NCBI GenBank assembly: GCA_028279585.1
Contig: JANQNL010000009.1
Span: 9,024-73,023, forward strand
Direction: 5' to 3'
Origin: Thermoplasmatota archaeon
GTDB lineage: Archaea; Thermoplasmatota; Penumbrarchaeia; JANQNL01
DNA length: 64,000 nt
Below the pieces are notes generated by a model, which saw only the letters and a list, made by a program, of their open reading frames with translations, was not told the origin of the DNA and ran no database searches. Below, piece by piece: positions 48,701-57,215 of this stretch. Made by a program: the position numbers and the translations under genes. How positions within the stretch are numbered: position 1 is the first letter of the stretch; each line of letters opens with the position of its first letter.

Positions 48701-50919
48701 ATACCATGACCTCCTTCGCCTTTGGTGTTGATTGTGACGTCCCTGAACACGTTGTCATCGGAGCCGTCGAAGCATCTTATCCCGAAGCCATCGTTACCGG
48801 TGGTGGAGATAGAGACGTTGCGGATAACGTTGTTCCTGGATGCACCGGTAATGTAGATGCCTGCACCGAAATTTCCACTGGTCTCGATGCCTGAATCACG
48901 GATGGTGTTGTACAAGGAGCCAGAGATGTATATCCCATATCCATGCCAATCAGAACCAGTGGCGTTGTTGTGAGCTAGGACATTATCACGGCAATAGCTC
49001 AACAGGTAGAAACCGTAACTGTTCGATCCGTCGACATAGACCGTATTGTTGTCAATCATGCATGCGGGTGTTGTGGTCAGCTGGATGGCGGGTGCCTGGC
49101 TGGCACTTGTTGTGACAAGGTTGTAGGCGACCCTTGTTCCTGCTGAGGAGTATAATAGAACTCCTTCGCACAGTTGACCTGTGGTCCAGATATCATTTGC
49201 ATAGATGTAACAATCCGTTGCTTCTATCCCCCAGATGCCTGCGCCATCGTATCCGTGGTTATCAACTGTATTTCCAATGATAGTGGAGTTACTGCTGAAC
49301 CTGGACCAGATACCGACCGAGGCGTCCTCCCACACCTCCACAGTGTTCCATATGACATCGTTGAACTTGGAGTTCATGTAAACGAGGATGCCCGTGCTGG
49401 ACTCCTCATAACATGTGACGTTGTTGCCTGTGATGTTGTTGTAATTTGCTTCCCAGTATACCTCGATGCCGTCGCATCCCATCTCCATGGTGGTGATGTT
49501 GTTCCAGGTGATGTTGCCATTGTCCGTCTCGTTGAAGTATACGCCATCAGCACAGTGCCTGGTCGTCATGATATCATTATGGTGGACATCCACCTGTGTG
49601 GTATCCACGTGGATGTTGACACCGAATGCATAGTCCTGAGAAGTCTTGATGTTGTTGTGGGCGATCTCGACTATGTTGCACTCATCAGAATAGATCCCGT
49701 CTCCCTGGAAGCCATTGCACCAGATGTCATTGTATCTTATCCTGGTCCTATCGGAATCAAGGAGCTTGACGCCATAGGATGCCCAGTTGTGAGCGATGAA
49801 AGCGTTGTTGTATGCGAGGGTATCTTCGCACTCATCTATCTGGAAAGCATCGGACTGCTGGGCTGATACGTTGACCTGGTTGCCTACTATGATCGGGCGT
49901 ATGTTCCTGAACATGCGGATACCGTCTGCTCCGGGAGCAGATGTATTGACCCTGTTGGCTCTTATCAGACTATCATCGGTATCGAACATGAAAATCCCAT
50001 CGCCGTTGCTGCCCTCTGTCCAGATGATGTTATATGTGAGATTGATACCAGTACAATCCTCGATGACTACCCCATCTGTGTTTCCACCTATTGCTGTTAC
50101 ACGGTTGAACATCATCTCAGACCCTTGAACGACATCTTGAAGGAAGATGCCGTGGGCCATGGTCTGGGTGGTGGTAACGTCGTTGTCATAGATGTCTACG
50201 ACATCTCCGGTGTCCATGTAGATACCTCGACCATAGGGCTGTCTGGTCAGGATATAGTTGTGAGATACGTTGAACCAGCCTCCGCGGTAGGCATGGAACC
50301 CATAGGAGTGCCGCCCATCGGTGGTGATGTTGTTGTACTTCCACCAACCACCTGTAGATTGGTGGGAATATATGCCATATGACCTATCACCGTAGACATA
50401 GATGTCATTGTACTGAGTCCAGGCAAGACCTGAATTGTACACGTTGATGGCTCCAGCATCACCATCTAGCGAATTGAACTTGTTGTAGGTGATCCAGGCG
50501 TTATCGGTATTGGTATCATGGTAGACCCCATAGGTGTAATTTCCACCAGATGTGATGTTGAACCCAGAGATGTTCACACGGTTGGCCGTGATATTGAACA
50601 CTGCTGCAAAGTCTGTGAAGTAGTTCGTCCCCCAGTGGGTGTGGTTGACCCTGCAGTCCTCACTGCTGTTACCCCTTAACACCAGGTCGGACTTGTAGAT
50701 CGTGACGTTCTCGAAGTAGGACCCTTCCCTGACGATGATCGTATCGCCGGGGGATGCGGCATCCACAGCATCCTGGATGGAGGTGTAGGTGGAACCTGAG
50801 TTCGCAACGTACAGAATGGCCCCTGCAGTGGGTGCATCACCTGCCTCAGTGCTTAACACTGGCATCATTGCTAACAACAACAGCAGTACAGAACAGATGA
50901 CCATCCTTTTCGATATCAT
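45775..50919 (-). CDS. Tandem paralog of 40514-45676
   Basis: Same architecture, signal peptide MISKR.., near-identical cytoplasmic domain. Confidence 0.85.
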   Translation of the reverse strand: MISKRMVICSVLLLLLAMMPVLSTEAGDAPTAGAILYVANSGSTYTSIQDAVDAASPGDTIIVREGSYFENVTIYKSDLVLRGNSSEDCRVNHTHWGTNYFTDFAAVFNITANRVNISGFNITSGGNYTYGVYHDTNTDNAWITYNKFNSLDGDAGAINVYNSGLAWTQYNDIYVYGDRSYGIYSHQSTGGWWKYNNITTDGRHSYGFHAYRGGWFNVSHNYILTRQPYGRGIYMDTGDVVDIYDNDVTTTQTMAHGIFLQDVVQGSEMMFNRVTAIGGNTDGVVIEDCTGINLTYNIIWTEGSNGDGIFMFDTDDSLIRANRVNTSAPGADGIRMFRNIRPIIVGNQVNVSAQQSDAFQIDECEDTLAYNNAFIAHNWASYGVKLLDSDRTRIRYNDIWCNGFQGDGIYSDECNIVEIAHNNIKTSQDYAFGVNIHVDTTQVDVHHNDIMTTRHCADGVYFNETDNGNITWNNITTMEMGCDGIEVYWEANYNNITGNNVTCYEESSTGILVYMNSKFNDVIWNTVEVWEDASVGIWSRFSSNSTIIGNTVDNHGYDGAGIWGIEATDCYIYANDIWTTGQLCEGVLLYSSAGTRVAYNLVTTSASQAPAIQLTTTPACMIDNNTVYVDGSNSYGFYLLSYCRDNVLAHNNATGSDWHGYGIYISGSLYNTIRDSGIETSGNFGAGIYITGASRNNVIRNVSISTTGNDGFGIRCFDGSDDNVFRDVTINTKGEGGHGIQLYNGAEDNVFYDLDIDTDNIYSCGIYSQQNCYENIIYGSDILLQNSGAHASYTDNSTVWFVDSTLSSQTDYDLVCENDGLIGMVNSTFFNLEITLNGGGYVEVYNFLDIVVLDNATPLAGVEVEVLDDDKVVYQTPGYGGTDPVTPAIGYVGEFFISDRWYFQSNTATENITTVSVKYSSEAEWNETRNVSMATTHTEYFTVGDIFKPLMPENLTVRRIGPNALNISWDHVIDDVDYYLYTNISGYWDTLVYQKTNWTHHTDLPDETWYYYSVEARDQALHLSGPSPSVAYYLADIYPPMVPQNLIASGVGEEVNISWSPNTDDTVAYELQWIAPGGSVFTHLVNQTDTWLQIFDPGFVHDAFLQFRVRAWDDVGLHSDWSPVANLTFVDTIIPGSPLNLTASTNTEHSIYLQWEAPSDQDIEGFNVYVNDTGTTGPGGPYHVQDQTNYTHYELTDMSPDTTYYFVVTTYDEAGLISAWSNEAFNTTLQLLETPRILSTVPANGTTDVPIDSNVSVLFSIPVNMTIVGLTVFPVVDVDFSWTLNTVLEMDFTADLAYNTTYTITIPGTVTALNGKTMGQTYVLIFTTEDAPDVVVPEAISILTPTDASIFNSGTEITVVGTSAGFDQGVQVIITLGANTAYGTIGNDGGWTASIVVPDTANNYTLSATAGSVSDSVTVEVQISGGGGDGGDGGDGGDGDGGTMDSTTMVMLIIIIAIVLFMVIAAVLAFIIVRKKRSPEEEEEVQNDLPPMEPGSEAIVADIEESDIFAEKTKADGRKEVEGSKPMEFVAVVDEPEFEKWDGPAGELEEDPPEQVTDGEVGKPMMLALPPAQIYEADFSQTDLPEIDEIFIVSKSGIMMAHYSWNETSAVDEDILASMIQVLQQFVKDSFNKDKANLKNLGFGDLNMLIMPGKYINVIVFSPDDELKSLEKPLSSMINDMEFIEKDMLSQWDGDVEEVSVLATYVQRLVQEEY

Positions 50920-51085
50920 GATAACACCCTGGCAGGTCCACGACCAGATACGATTCCCCAAGGTGTTACTAATATGTTACTCATAGTTCAGGCAAAATCT
51001 ACCATACAGCCCAACTTTGGCACATCGTTTATTCTTGATCCAAAGTTAGGCGTACCCTGAAATTGACGAGCCATCATACTTAGGG

Positions 51086-51895
51086 GTGTCAATTTCAGGA
51101 TATGGGCGAAAACCATTTCTACCCACCCCCCAATCTTATTTCGTGACCCGGGACCACGCTAGAGTGAGCAAGGGATTCCTGTTCATGCTCATCGGTCTTT
51201 TCATCTCATTGATAGCCGGGGTTATCCTGTTCTTGTTGGCCATAGCGAGCATAGCCTTTGCTGTGGCATTGGTCCCCCTCCATTGGTTCGCCTACATCCT
51301 CTTGGCCATCTGGGGGTACTTCTCGTTCGTATTCGTCGGATATATCGGAGTAAGAGTGGGCCATATGTTCAATCTCATGGGTCTTATCTACATCTACACA
51401 GCTGCTAAAGGGCGTGGATACAGGGCCACCACTGGCCTTGCTCTTGCGGCTATGCTTCTGAATCCCATGCTTATGGTCATCTTCATACTGCTATGTGCTG
51501 TGGTTTTCATCAAGGACGATCCTCTGAACCACTATCCCACCCACATCTTGTTCGGGTTCGCAGGGTCGATGCTCATGGTGACACAGTGTGCGATGCTGTT
51601 GCCACTGTTCAGGAGGTGGACCGCGGTCCTTGCGATCATCGTCTACGTCATCGCCCTTCCCATCATCCTTCTGGACATCGGCCATGCCATCCTGGCCATC
51701 GCCTTCAATCCCTTCTATCCGATGACCTTGTACCTATCTTTCCCAGTGATGGTGTTCCTCAACTATGGCATCATCATCATGTCGATGTTCTGCTATGCCA
51801 TAGGCTACCTTGGTGTTAGGAGACAGGCCAAGAAGTATGAGGACGAGAAGTGGGCTAGGGACGTTAAGCGGCTTCGCGATATCCGCTCAAGGTAG
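51086..51895 (+). CDS. Polytopic membrane protein
   Basis: About six hydrophobic segments. Confidence 0.7.
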   Translation: MSISGYGRKPFLPTPQSYFVTRDHARVSKGFLFMLIGLFISLIAGVILFLLAIASIAFAVALVPLHWFAYILLAIWGYFSFVFVGYIGVRVGHMFNLMGLIYIYTAAKGRGYRATTGLALAAMLLNPMLMVIFILLCAVVFIKDDPLNHYPTHILFGFAGSMLMVTQCAMLLPLFRRWTAVLAIIVYVIALPIILLDIGHAILAIAFNPFYPMTLYLSFPVMVFLNYGIIIMSMFCYAIGYLGVRRQAKKYEDEKWARDVKRLRDIRSR

Positions 51896-52963
51896 TTCCG
51901 AGCCGAACTCGACCTTTCCACCGACTATCATGAACGTTACCCTGATATTGGAGATGTTCTCTTTGAGCCATGGGTCGTCCTTGCACCAATCCCTGAACTG
52001 GTCGTTGGTGACAATGAGCGCGTCCTCATCCTTGGCGTAGTTTATGACAAAGTGGTCAGCATCCCTTTTGGCCGGGGCCTCGTGGAAGTACTTCCTGCGC
52101 TTGAGCTTTTTATAGACGTCCATGTCCGCGACCCTGTGGTAGAGTGCTGCGTCCACGATGATCTGGATGTTCTTGTAGCCACGCTTTTTTAGAGCGTCGG
52201 TCACAAGGATGATGTTGTTGGCGTAGGGCTTGTCCCCATCCCTGCCAGACCCACCTGCCCAGGCGACGTTCGCACCGTCGATGACTATGAGCCTGTTGAT
52301 ACCAGCTGCAGCCTTCATGAACGACTTGCTCTTGGCATCGTAGGCTGCTATCTTCACAAGCTTTCCATTGGACTTGATGAAGTTGACCATGGCATTGATG
52401 TCCTTGAGCCCGATCTTGTACCACTGAGGGATCTTCTTGGTCGAGGTGAAGGCCTTCATCTCTGAACGAAGGGTGGACCACATGTCCTTATCCTTCTTCT
52501 GGCTGCCAGCCGGCATCCTCTTTAGCAGTAGATGGACATGGGCCTTGTCGTGGGTGTTGTACTTGTGGCCTTCCATAAGGGACTCGATCATCCTGTAGGT
52601 GTCCAGTGCCTTGTAGGTCGCCAGGCCCAGCTCCTCGGCCTCCTGGTAGTCTGCAAACTTCACAAAGCCTGCTTCCAGGGCGATCCTGTAGACCTTGCCA
52701 TCGGAAAAACCGGCATCCTTTCCCTTGGTGAACTCCACGAGGTCCTTGAAGTAGTTCGAGCGCAGGGTAAGCAAGACCCCCTCGTGGGGGAAGATGAAGT
52801 CCATGACCTGCCCGCCCTTGACGTTCCTGTAGACCACCCTTGGCTCGTACAGGTCCAGTAGCTCTATAAACTGCTCGAGGGAGGCGATCTTGAGGGCTGG
52901 TCCTTGGCTGTAACCGGCCGTGTCGATGTATGTGAGGTCAGAGATTCTCATCAAGCGACCCAT
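51887..52963 (-). CDS. Zc3h12a/Regnase-type NYN ribonuclease domain protein
   Basis: IVIDGANVA..IIVDAALYH..DADHFVI.YA....IVTNDQFRD. Confidence 0.85.
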   Translation of the reverse strand: MGRLMRISDLTYIDTAGYSQGPALKIASLEQFIELLDLYEPRVVYRNVKGGQVMDFIFPHEGVLLTLRSNYFKDLVEFTKGKDAGFSDGKVYRIALEAGFVKFADYQEAEELGLATYKALDTYRMIESLMEGHKYNTHDKAHVHLLLKRMPAGSQKKDKDMWSTLRSEMKAFTSTKKIPQWYKIGLKDINAMVNFIKSNGKLVKIAAYDAKSKSFMKAAAGINRLIVIDGANVAWAGGSGRDGDKPYANNIILVTDALKKRGYKNIQIIVDAALYHRVADMDVYKKLKRRKYFHEAPAKRDADHFVINYAKDEDALIVTNDQFRDWCKDDPWLKENISNIRVTFMIVGGKVEFGSELP

Positions 52964-53029
52964 TTGGACATTTGCTATATATAATTGACCATGCCAGGAG
53001 CTTTTATGGTTCGTTGCCTATCTCGGACC

Positions 53030-53524
53030 ATGGCCCGACCGGAGTAGATAAAGATACCGTACGAGGACTCTGACTACTCGGTGTTCAACTGTGTTGGCAA
53101 GACCTCTAACAACGAGCAGTTCCTTACCTTTGTCACAGGCGCATATCCCATAAACCCCGAGACGGGTGAGCCGACGTTCCCTGACCCATCGGACCCTGAA
53201 TGGCAGGTGAAGAAAAGGTGGTATGGCGTGGTCCACGTCTTTGACATGGAGGGAAATCATCTCAAGTACCTGGCCATGTCTGGGGGAACCCAGGCTGATG
53301 GCAAGAATGAGTCCTGCCAAAGGGCCTTTGCCATGACCAACGACGCGGTCCTGAGCCTTGGCGAGCTCGAGTTCTGTGACATCTATGTCAAGGAGTTCTC
53401 TGTGGAGAAGGAGGGTTACCTCTTCGCCTTGGTATACAACAAGACCGAGGACGGAGAACATGTCATACTCTGGCCTAACGATATCATGTTCCACCCGCCC
53501 TGGGATGGAGAATACTCCACGTGA
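53030..53524 (+). CDS. Conserved hypothetical protein with an in-frame TAG at codon 6
   Basis: MARPE*IKIPYEDSDY in frame with KRWYGVVHVFD..FHPPWDGEYST; TTTTAT about 25 nt before ATG 53030. Confidence 0.6.
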
Positions 53525-54046
53525 TCATTCCCATTCCAAGTGCCACACGCACTTGTCATCCCCATGGGCCTGACACTTGGTCTTCTTTACAACACCTTTA
53601 GTGTTGGTCATCTCAAGGATCCCTTTTGCTGCCCCGGTCCATCCCTTGCAGGTGGTATGATCGACCATGCAGTTGGTCATGTATATCTTGGCCTCATCAT
53701 CACCAATGTCCACCTCCACCTCGCCAAAATTGTATGCTTGGTTGTAGTTAGTGGGGACCTTGTTGATGACGGTCTTGACGTCGATCATGCGAACGATATA
53801 GGAGAGCAGACCCAGGTCCTTGATGGTCCCATTGCCGACCCGTTCCAGGTAATCCTCCCCTTTATGCTCCTCTACCCAGGTCATTATCTTGGTGTCCATC
53901 TCGATGGGGTACCAATTCCCCTCCTTCAGGTCCTTTGGGTCTATGCCAGTGTACTCTGCACAATCATTGACACCGACGATACCCCAGGTCTTTTTGATGT
54001 ACTTGAAGTAGCTTTTGAGCACATCTCCTCGGACCTTTCTTTCCAT
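53525..54046 (-). CDS. V4R-domain protein
   Basis: WYP..; C.GW.G...G.LE..KCQAHGDDKC.W..EW. Confidence 0.75.
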   Translation of the reverse strand: MERKVRGDVLKSYFKYIKKTWGIVGVNDCAEYTGIDPKDLKEGNWYPIEMDTKIMTWVEEHKGEDYLERVGNGTIKDLGLLSYIVRMIDVKTVINKVPTNYNQAYNFGEVEVDIGDDEAKIYMTNCMVDHTTCKGWTGAAKGILEMTNTKGVVKKTKCQAHGDDKCVWHLEWE

Positions 54047-54202
54047 GAAAACTGCACCACTGGGTAGATTATATAAATATTGTATCTTTGACTGTAGAGT
54101 TGCGGCGTATGATGAGGACCGATCCCATACAGAGAGATCATGATGAACCCATAGCACGCTGATCTTGAGAGTTAAGTTTAATAATCATGCTTGAATACGG
54201 AG

Positions 54203-54274
54203 TTAACAATTGTTAATTTTCTACATCATAGCCCCCATAGTTTGGGGCAAGCAGAGATAATTAACAATTGTTAA
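54203..54274. promoter_or_regulatory. Two perfect 14-bp palindromes TTAACAATTGTTAA
   Basis: At 54203-54216 and 54261-54274, the second just before the GGTGAT RBS of thi4. Confidence 0.75.
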
Positions 54275-54286
54275 CATGGTGATCAA

Positions 54287-55120
54287 ATGACAGATCATGA
54301 TATCGGGTTTTCTAAAGCATCCGAAAAGGATGTGACCAAAGCGATAGTCGAACACTACCTCCACGAACTAGTGGAAAACATAGAATCAGACGTAGTCATA
54401 ATAGGTGGGGGACCAAGTGGTCTCATGTGTGGGCGTGACCTTTCATTGAGTGGGAAAAAGGTTGTGATACTCGAGGCGAACAATTATCTCGGTGGGGGCT
54501 TCTGGTTGGGTGGATATTTGATGAACCCAATTACCTTCAGAGCTCCTTCCAATGAAGTGTTGTCCGAACTCGGGATACCATATACTCAGAAACAAGAAGG
54601 TCTATTTATCGCAAATGGACCGCATGCATGTTCGAAGCTCATCTCTGCAGCATGTGATGCTGGTGTTAGCATCATGAACATGACCAAATTCGATGATATT
54701 GTGATAAAGGATAACAAGGTCACAGGTGTTGTAATGAACTGGACACCTGTCGGAGCGTTACCTCGTGCAATAACATGCGTCGATCCCATAGCGATCGAGA
54801 CGAAGGTCGTGATCGACGCTACTGGCCATGATGCGGTGGTCCTTCAAGCTCTACAAAGGCGGGGGCTATTAGAACCAAAGGGATTCGGAGCTATGAACGT
54901 TGAAAGCTCAGAAGATGAGGTCGTCGACCACACTTCAGAGGTATTTCCAGGGCTCATCGTCACAGGAATGGCAGTATCGACCATGTATGGGCTCCCGCGT
55001 ATGGGGCCAACATTCGGTGGTATGCTATTGTCAGGAAGGAAGGCTGCTAATGTAGCTGCTTCGATACTAGATCAAAAGGTCGAAGCCATGAACAGTAGTG
55101 CTGTAGAACAAACTGCTTGA
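54287..55120 (+). CDS. thi4: Thi4-family thiazole synthase (Cys-type)
   Basis: DVVIIGGGPSGL, LGGGFWLGG, TCVDP, DATGHDA, GLPRMGPTFGGMLLSGRKAA. Confidence 0.95.
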   Translation: MTDHDIGFSKASEKDVTKAIVEHYLHELVENIESDVVIIGGGPSGLMCGRDLSLSGKKVVILEANNYLGGGFWLGGYLMNPITFRAPSNEVLSELGIPYTQKQEGLFIANGPHACSKLISAACDAGVSIMNMTKFDDIVIKDNKVTGVVMNWTPVGALPRAITCVDPIAIETKVVIDATGHDAVVLQALQRRGLLEPKGFGAMNVESSEDEVVDHTSEVFPGLIVTGMAVSTMYGLPRMGPTFGGMLLSGRKAANVAASILDQKVEAMNSSAVEQTA

Positions 55121-55136
55121 AGGAGGCAAATAGACC

Positions 55137-56174
55137 TTGATGGGTATGGAAGACCTTAGCCTCAACAAAAAGGCGATAGTCCTGATATCGGGTGGATTGG
55201 ATTCTGCATTAGCTGCAAGGCTTGTCAAGGATCAGGGGATCGATCTGATTGCGGTAACATTCACTTCGATCTTCTGTACTTGCACATCAAAGAAGAGAAG
55301 AATGAATGGTTGCGCCTCTGAGGCTAGCAGGCTTGCACAAGAGTTGGATATTCCTTTAAGGTCAATACCTAAGGGGCCCGAATATATCGAAATAATAAAA
55401 GAACCGAAGTTTGCCGTGGGTCGGGGAGTAAATCCTTGTATGGATTGCCGGATCTACATGTTCGAAAAGACAAAGAACATCATGCGAACGGAGAATGCAA
55501 GTTTCATTGTAACTGGAGAGGTCCTTGGCCAAAGACCGATGAGCCAAATGAAACATAGGATCGAGACCATCGAGCAAGAGACAGGATTGAAAGGTCGCAT
55601 TCTGCGCCCTCTAAGCGCCAAGGTCATGGAACCGACATTACCAGAGGTATATGGTATCGTCGACAGAAACAAGTTTCTCGATATCCAAGGAAGGTCCAGG
55701 AAGAAGCAACTAGAACTTGCAAAGGACCTTCGATTGAATGAGCATACTTGCGGTGGTGGTGGATGCCTTCTCACTGACCCAAACTTTGCAAAGAAGGTCC
55801 AAGACTTGTTCAACCATAATGATGAGGTGAATATGCAAGACCTTTCACTTCTTAAGATCGGAAGACATTTTAGACTTGGACCAAAGTCTAAAGTAATAAT
55901 CGGTAGGAACGAACAGGAGAATGCCCAGCTGGAAAGATCAGCACGGGGAAGGACAGTTGTGGAGGTCAGAAATGACCCGGGACCGATTGGTCTGATCTGT
56001 GGCGATCCAGTAAATGATGAGCTCTTCATAGCGGCTAAGTTGGTCATGAGATATAGCGACAATTTTGAAGATGTAGGAACCATTGAGACGAGGTCCCACA
56101 CCAAGGGCACTTCAGATTTTGTGGAGATAACCATGGACATTGAACCATCTACCATCGAAGGGATGAGAATATGA
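55137..56174 (+). CDS. ThiI/MnmA-like PP-loop sulfurtransferase with a DUF814-type C-terminus
   Basis: SGGLDS, NPCMDCRIYM, TGEVLGQRPMSQ, GGCLLTD, GRHFRL..IGRN..EN. Confidence 0.85.
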   Translation: MMGMEDLSLNKKAIVLISGGLDSALAARLVKDQGIDLIAVTFTSIFCTCTSKKRRMNGCASEASRLAQELDIPLRSIPKGPEYIEIIKEPKFAVGRGVNPCMDCRIYMFEKTKNIMRTENASFIVTGEVLGQRPMSQMKHRIETIEQETGLKGRILRPLSAKVMEPTLPEVYGIVDRNKFLDIQGRSRKKQLELAKDLRLNEHTCGGGGCLLTDPNFAKKVQDLFNHNDEVNMQDLSLLKIGRHFRLGPKSKVIIGRNEQENAQLERSARGRTVVEVRNDPGPIGLICGDPVNDELFIAAKLVMRYSDNFEDVGTIETRSHTKGTSDFVEITMDIEPSTIEGMRI

Positions 56175-56974
56175 CCACTATCGAAAGAGATCTATTGTAT
56201 GCAAAGCAGAACCATCTTATAGCGATGTTAGAGACAATGGAAAGGGTAGTAGTCGCCTTCTCTGCAGGAGTGGATTCCACATACCTGTTGTCAGTAGCAA
56301 AAGAAGCCTGTGGGGACAGCATGATAGGAGTTGTTGGGGTCTCCCCTAGTCTAAAACAAGATGACATCAGGCAGGCTAAGGACACCGCTGCTGAGATGGA
56401 TGTCGATTGCCTTTTCATAGAAACAAAGGAGTTCTCGATCGATGAATACCTCATCAATGATGAAATGCGTTGTTATCATTGTAAAAAGGAACTATTCACA
56501 CGGTGTATGGAGGTTGCATCATCCAAGGGAATGAACTTTGTAATAGACGGTACGAATGCAGATGACCTAGATGATGACCGACCTGGTCTGATCGCGGCCA
56601 AAGAGATCGGAGTTCGGAGTCCTCTGCTAGAGGTCGGCCTCTCAAAAAAGGAGATACGCAGTCTCAGTAAGGCTCGCTTATTACCAACATGGAACAAACC
56701 TGCAGCAGCTTGTCTATCATCACGAGTTCCACATGGAACTGAGATCTTACCAGAGATCCTGAAAAAAGTCGAGGCGTCTGAGAAGGTCCTCACTACAAAT
56801 GGATTCACTCAGGTACGCGTCAGATACCATAACAAGATAGCTCGCATAGTCCTAGATGAGGAAGAATGGGCTCGTATGAAAGATCCAGATATCAGGCATA
56901 CCATCTATGAAAAGCTAAGAGACATCGGTTTCATTCATGTCACTGTGGACATTTTACCATATGGATCATCTTGA
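56171..56974 (+). CDS. larE: LarE-family ATP-dependent sulfur transferase
   Basis: AFSAGVDS, RCYHCK, DGTN.DD..D.RPG, ACLSSRVPHG, QVRVRYH. Confidence 0.9.
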   Translation: MTTIERDLLYAKQNHLIAMLETMERVVVAFSAGVDSTYLLSVAKEACGDSMIGVVGVSPSLKQDDIRQAKDTAAEMDVDCLFIETKEFSIDEYLINDEMRCYHCKKELFTRCMEVASSKGMNFVIDGTNADDLDDDRPGLIAAKEIGVRSPLLEVGLSKKEIRSLSKARLLPTWNKPAAACLSSRVPHGTEILPEILKKVEASEKVLTTNGFTQVRVRYHNKIARIVLDEEEWARMKDPDIRHTIYEKLRDIGFIHVTVDILPYGSS

Positions 56975-56984
56975 AGTAAGATGT

Positions 56985-57160
56985 TATGGCATTTCTACAC
57001 GCAACTCGACCATCACAGATGCACCTGATCTTTTTGATCCTACCCTTCATCTTGGTCATCTCGAGGAGACCTCGAAGCGCACCCCTCCTCCCTATGCAGG
57101 TCCTTTCGTCGATCACATGATCGTACATCCAGACAAGAGCCTTCTCATCCAGGAATATTG
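56985..57160 (-). pseudogene. 3' remnant of a V4R paralog
   Basis: EKALVWMYDHVIDERTCIGRRGALRGLLEMTKMKGRIKKIRC..DG..C aligns with the C-terminus of 53525-54046. Confidence 0.7.
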
Positions 57161-57215
57161 AACATATGCATGGGTGAGTTATACTTTTGATGTGGAATTG
57201 TTGACCAACAAGCCA

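Noticed and set aside
22885-50382. Many antisense and alternate-frame ORFs over the large genes (Ser/Pro-rich)
   Set aside because: They are shadows of biased codon usage in acidic or Gly-rich proteins, without independent motifs or start signals.
15617-50919. Diversity-generating retroelement acting on Asn-rich beta-helix genes
   Set aside because: No reverse transcriptase and no template/variable repeat pair differing at adenines was seen.
54157-54286. TPP riboswitch upstream of thi4
   Set aside because: No CUGAGA / AUACCCG-type core is visible and the leader is short and AT-rich.
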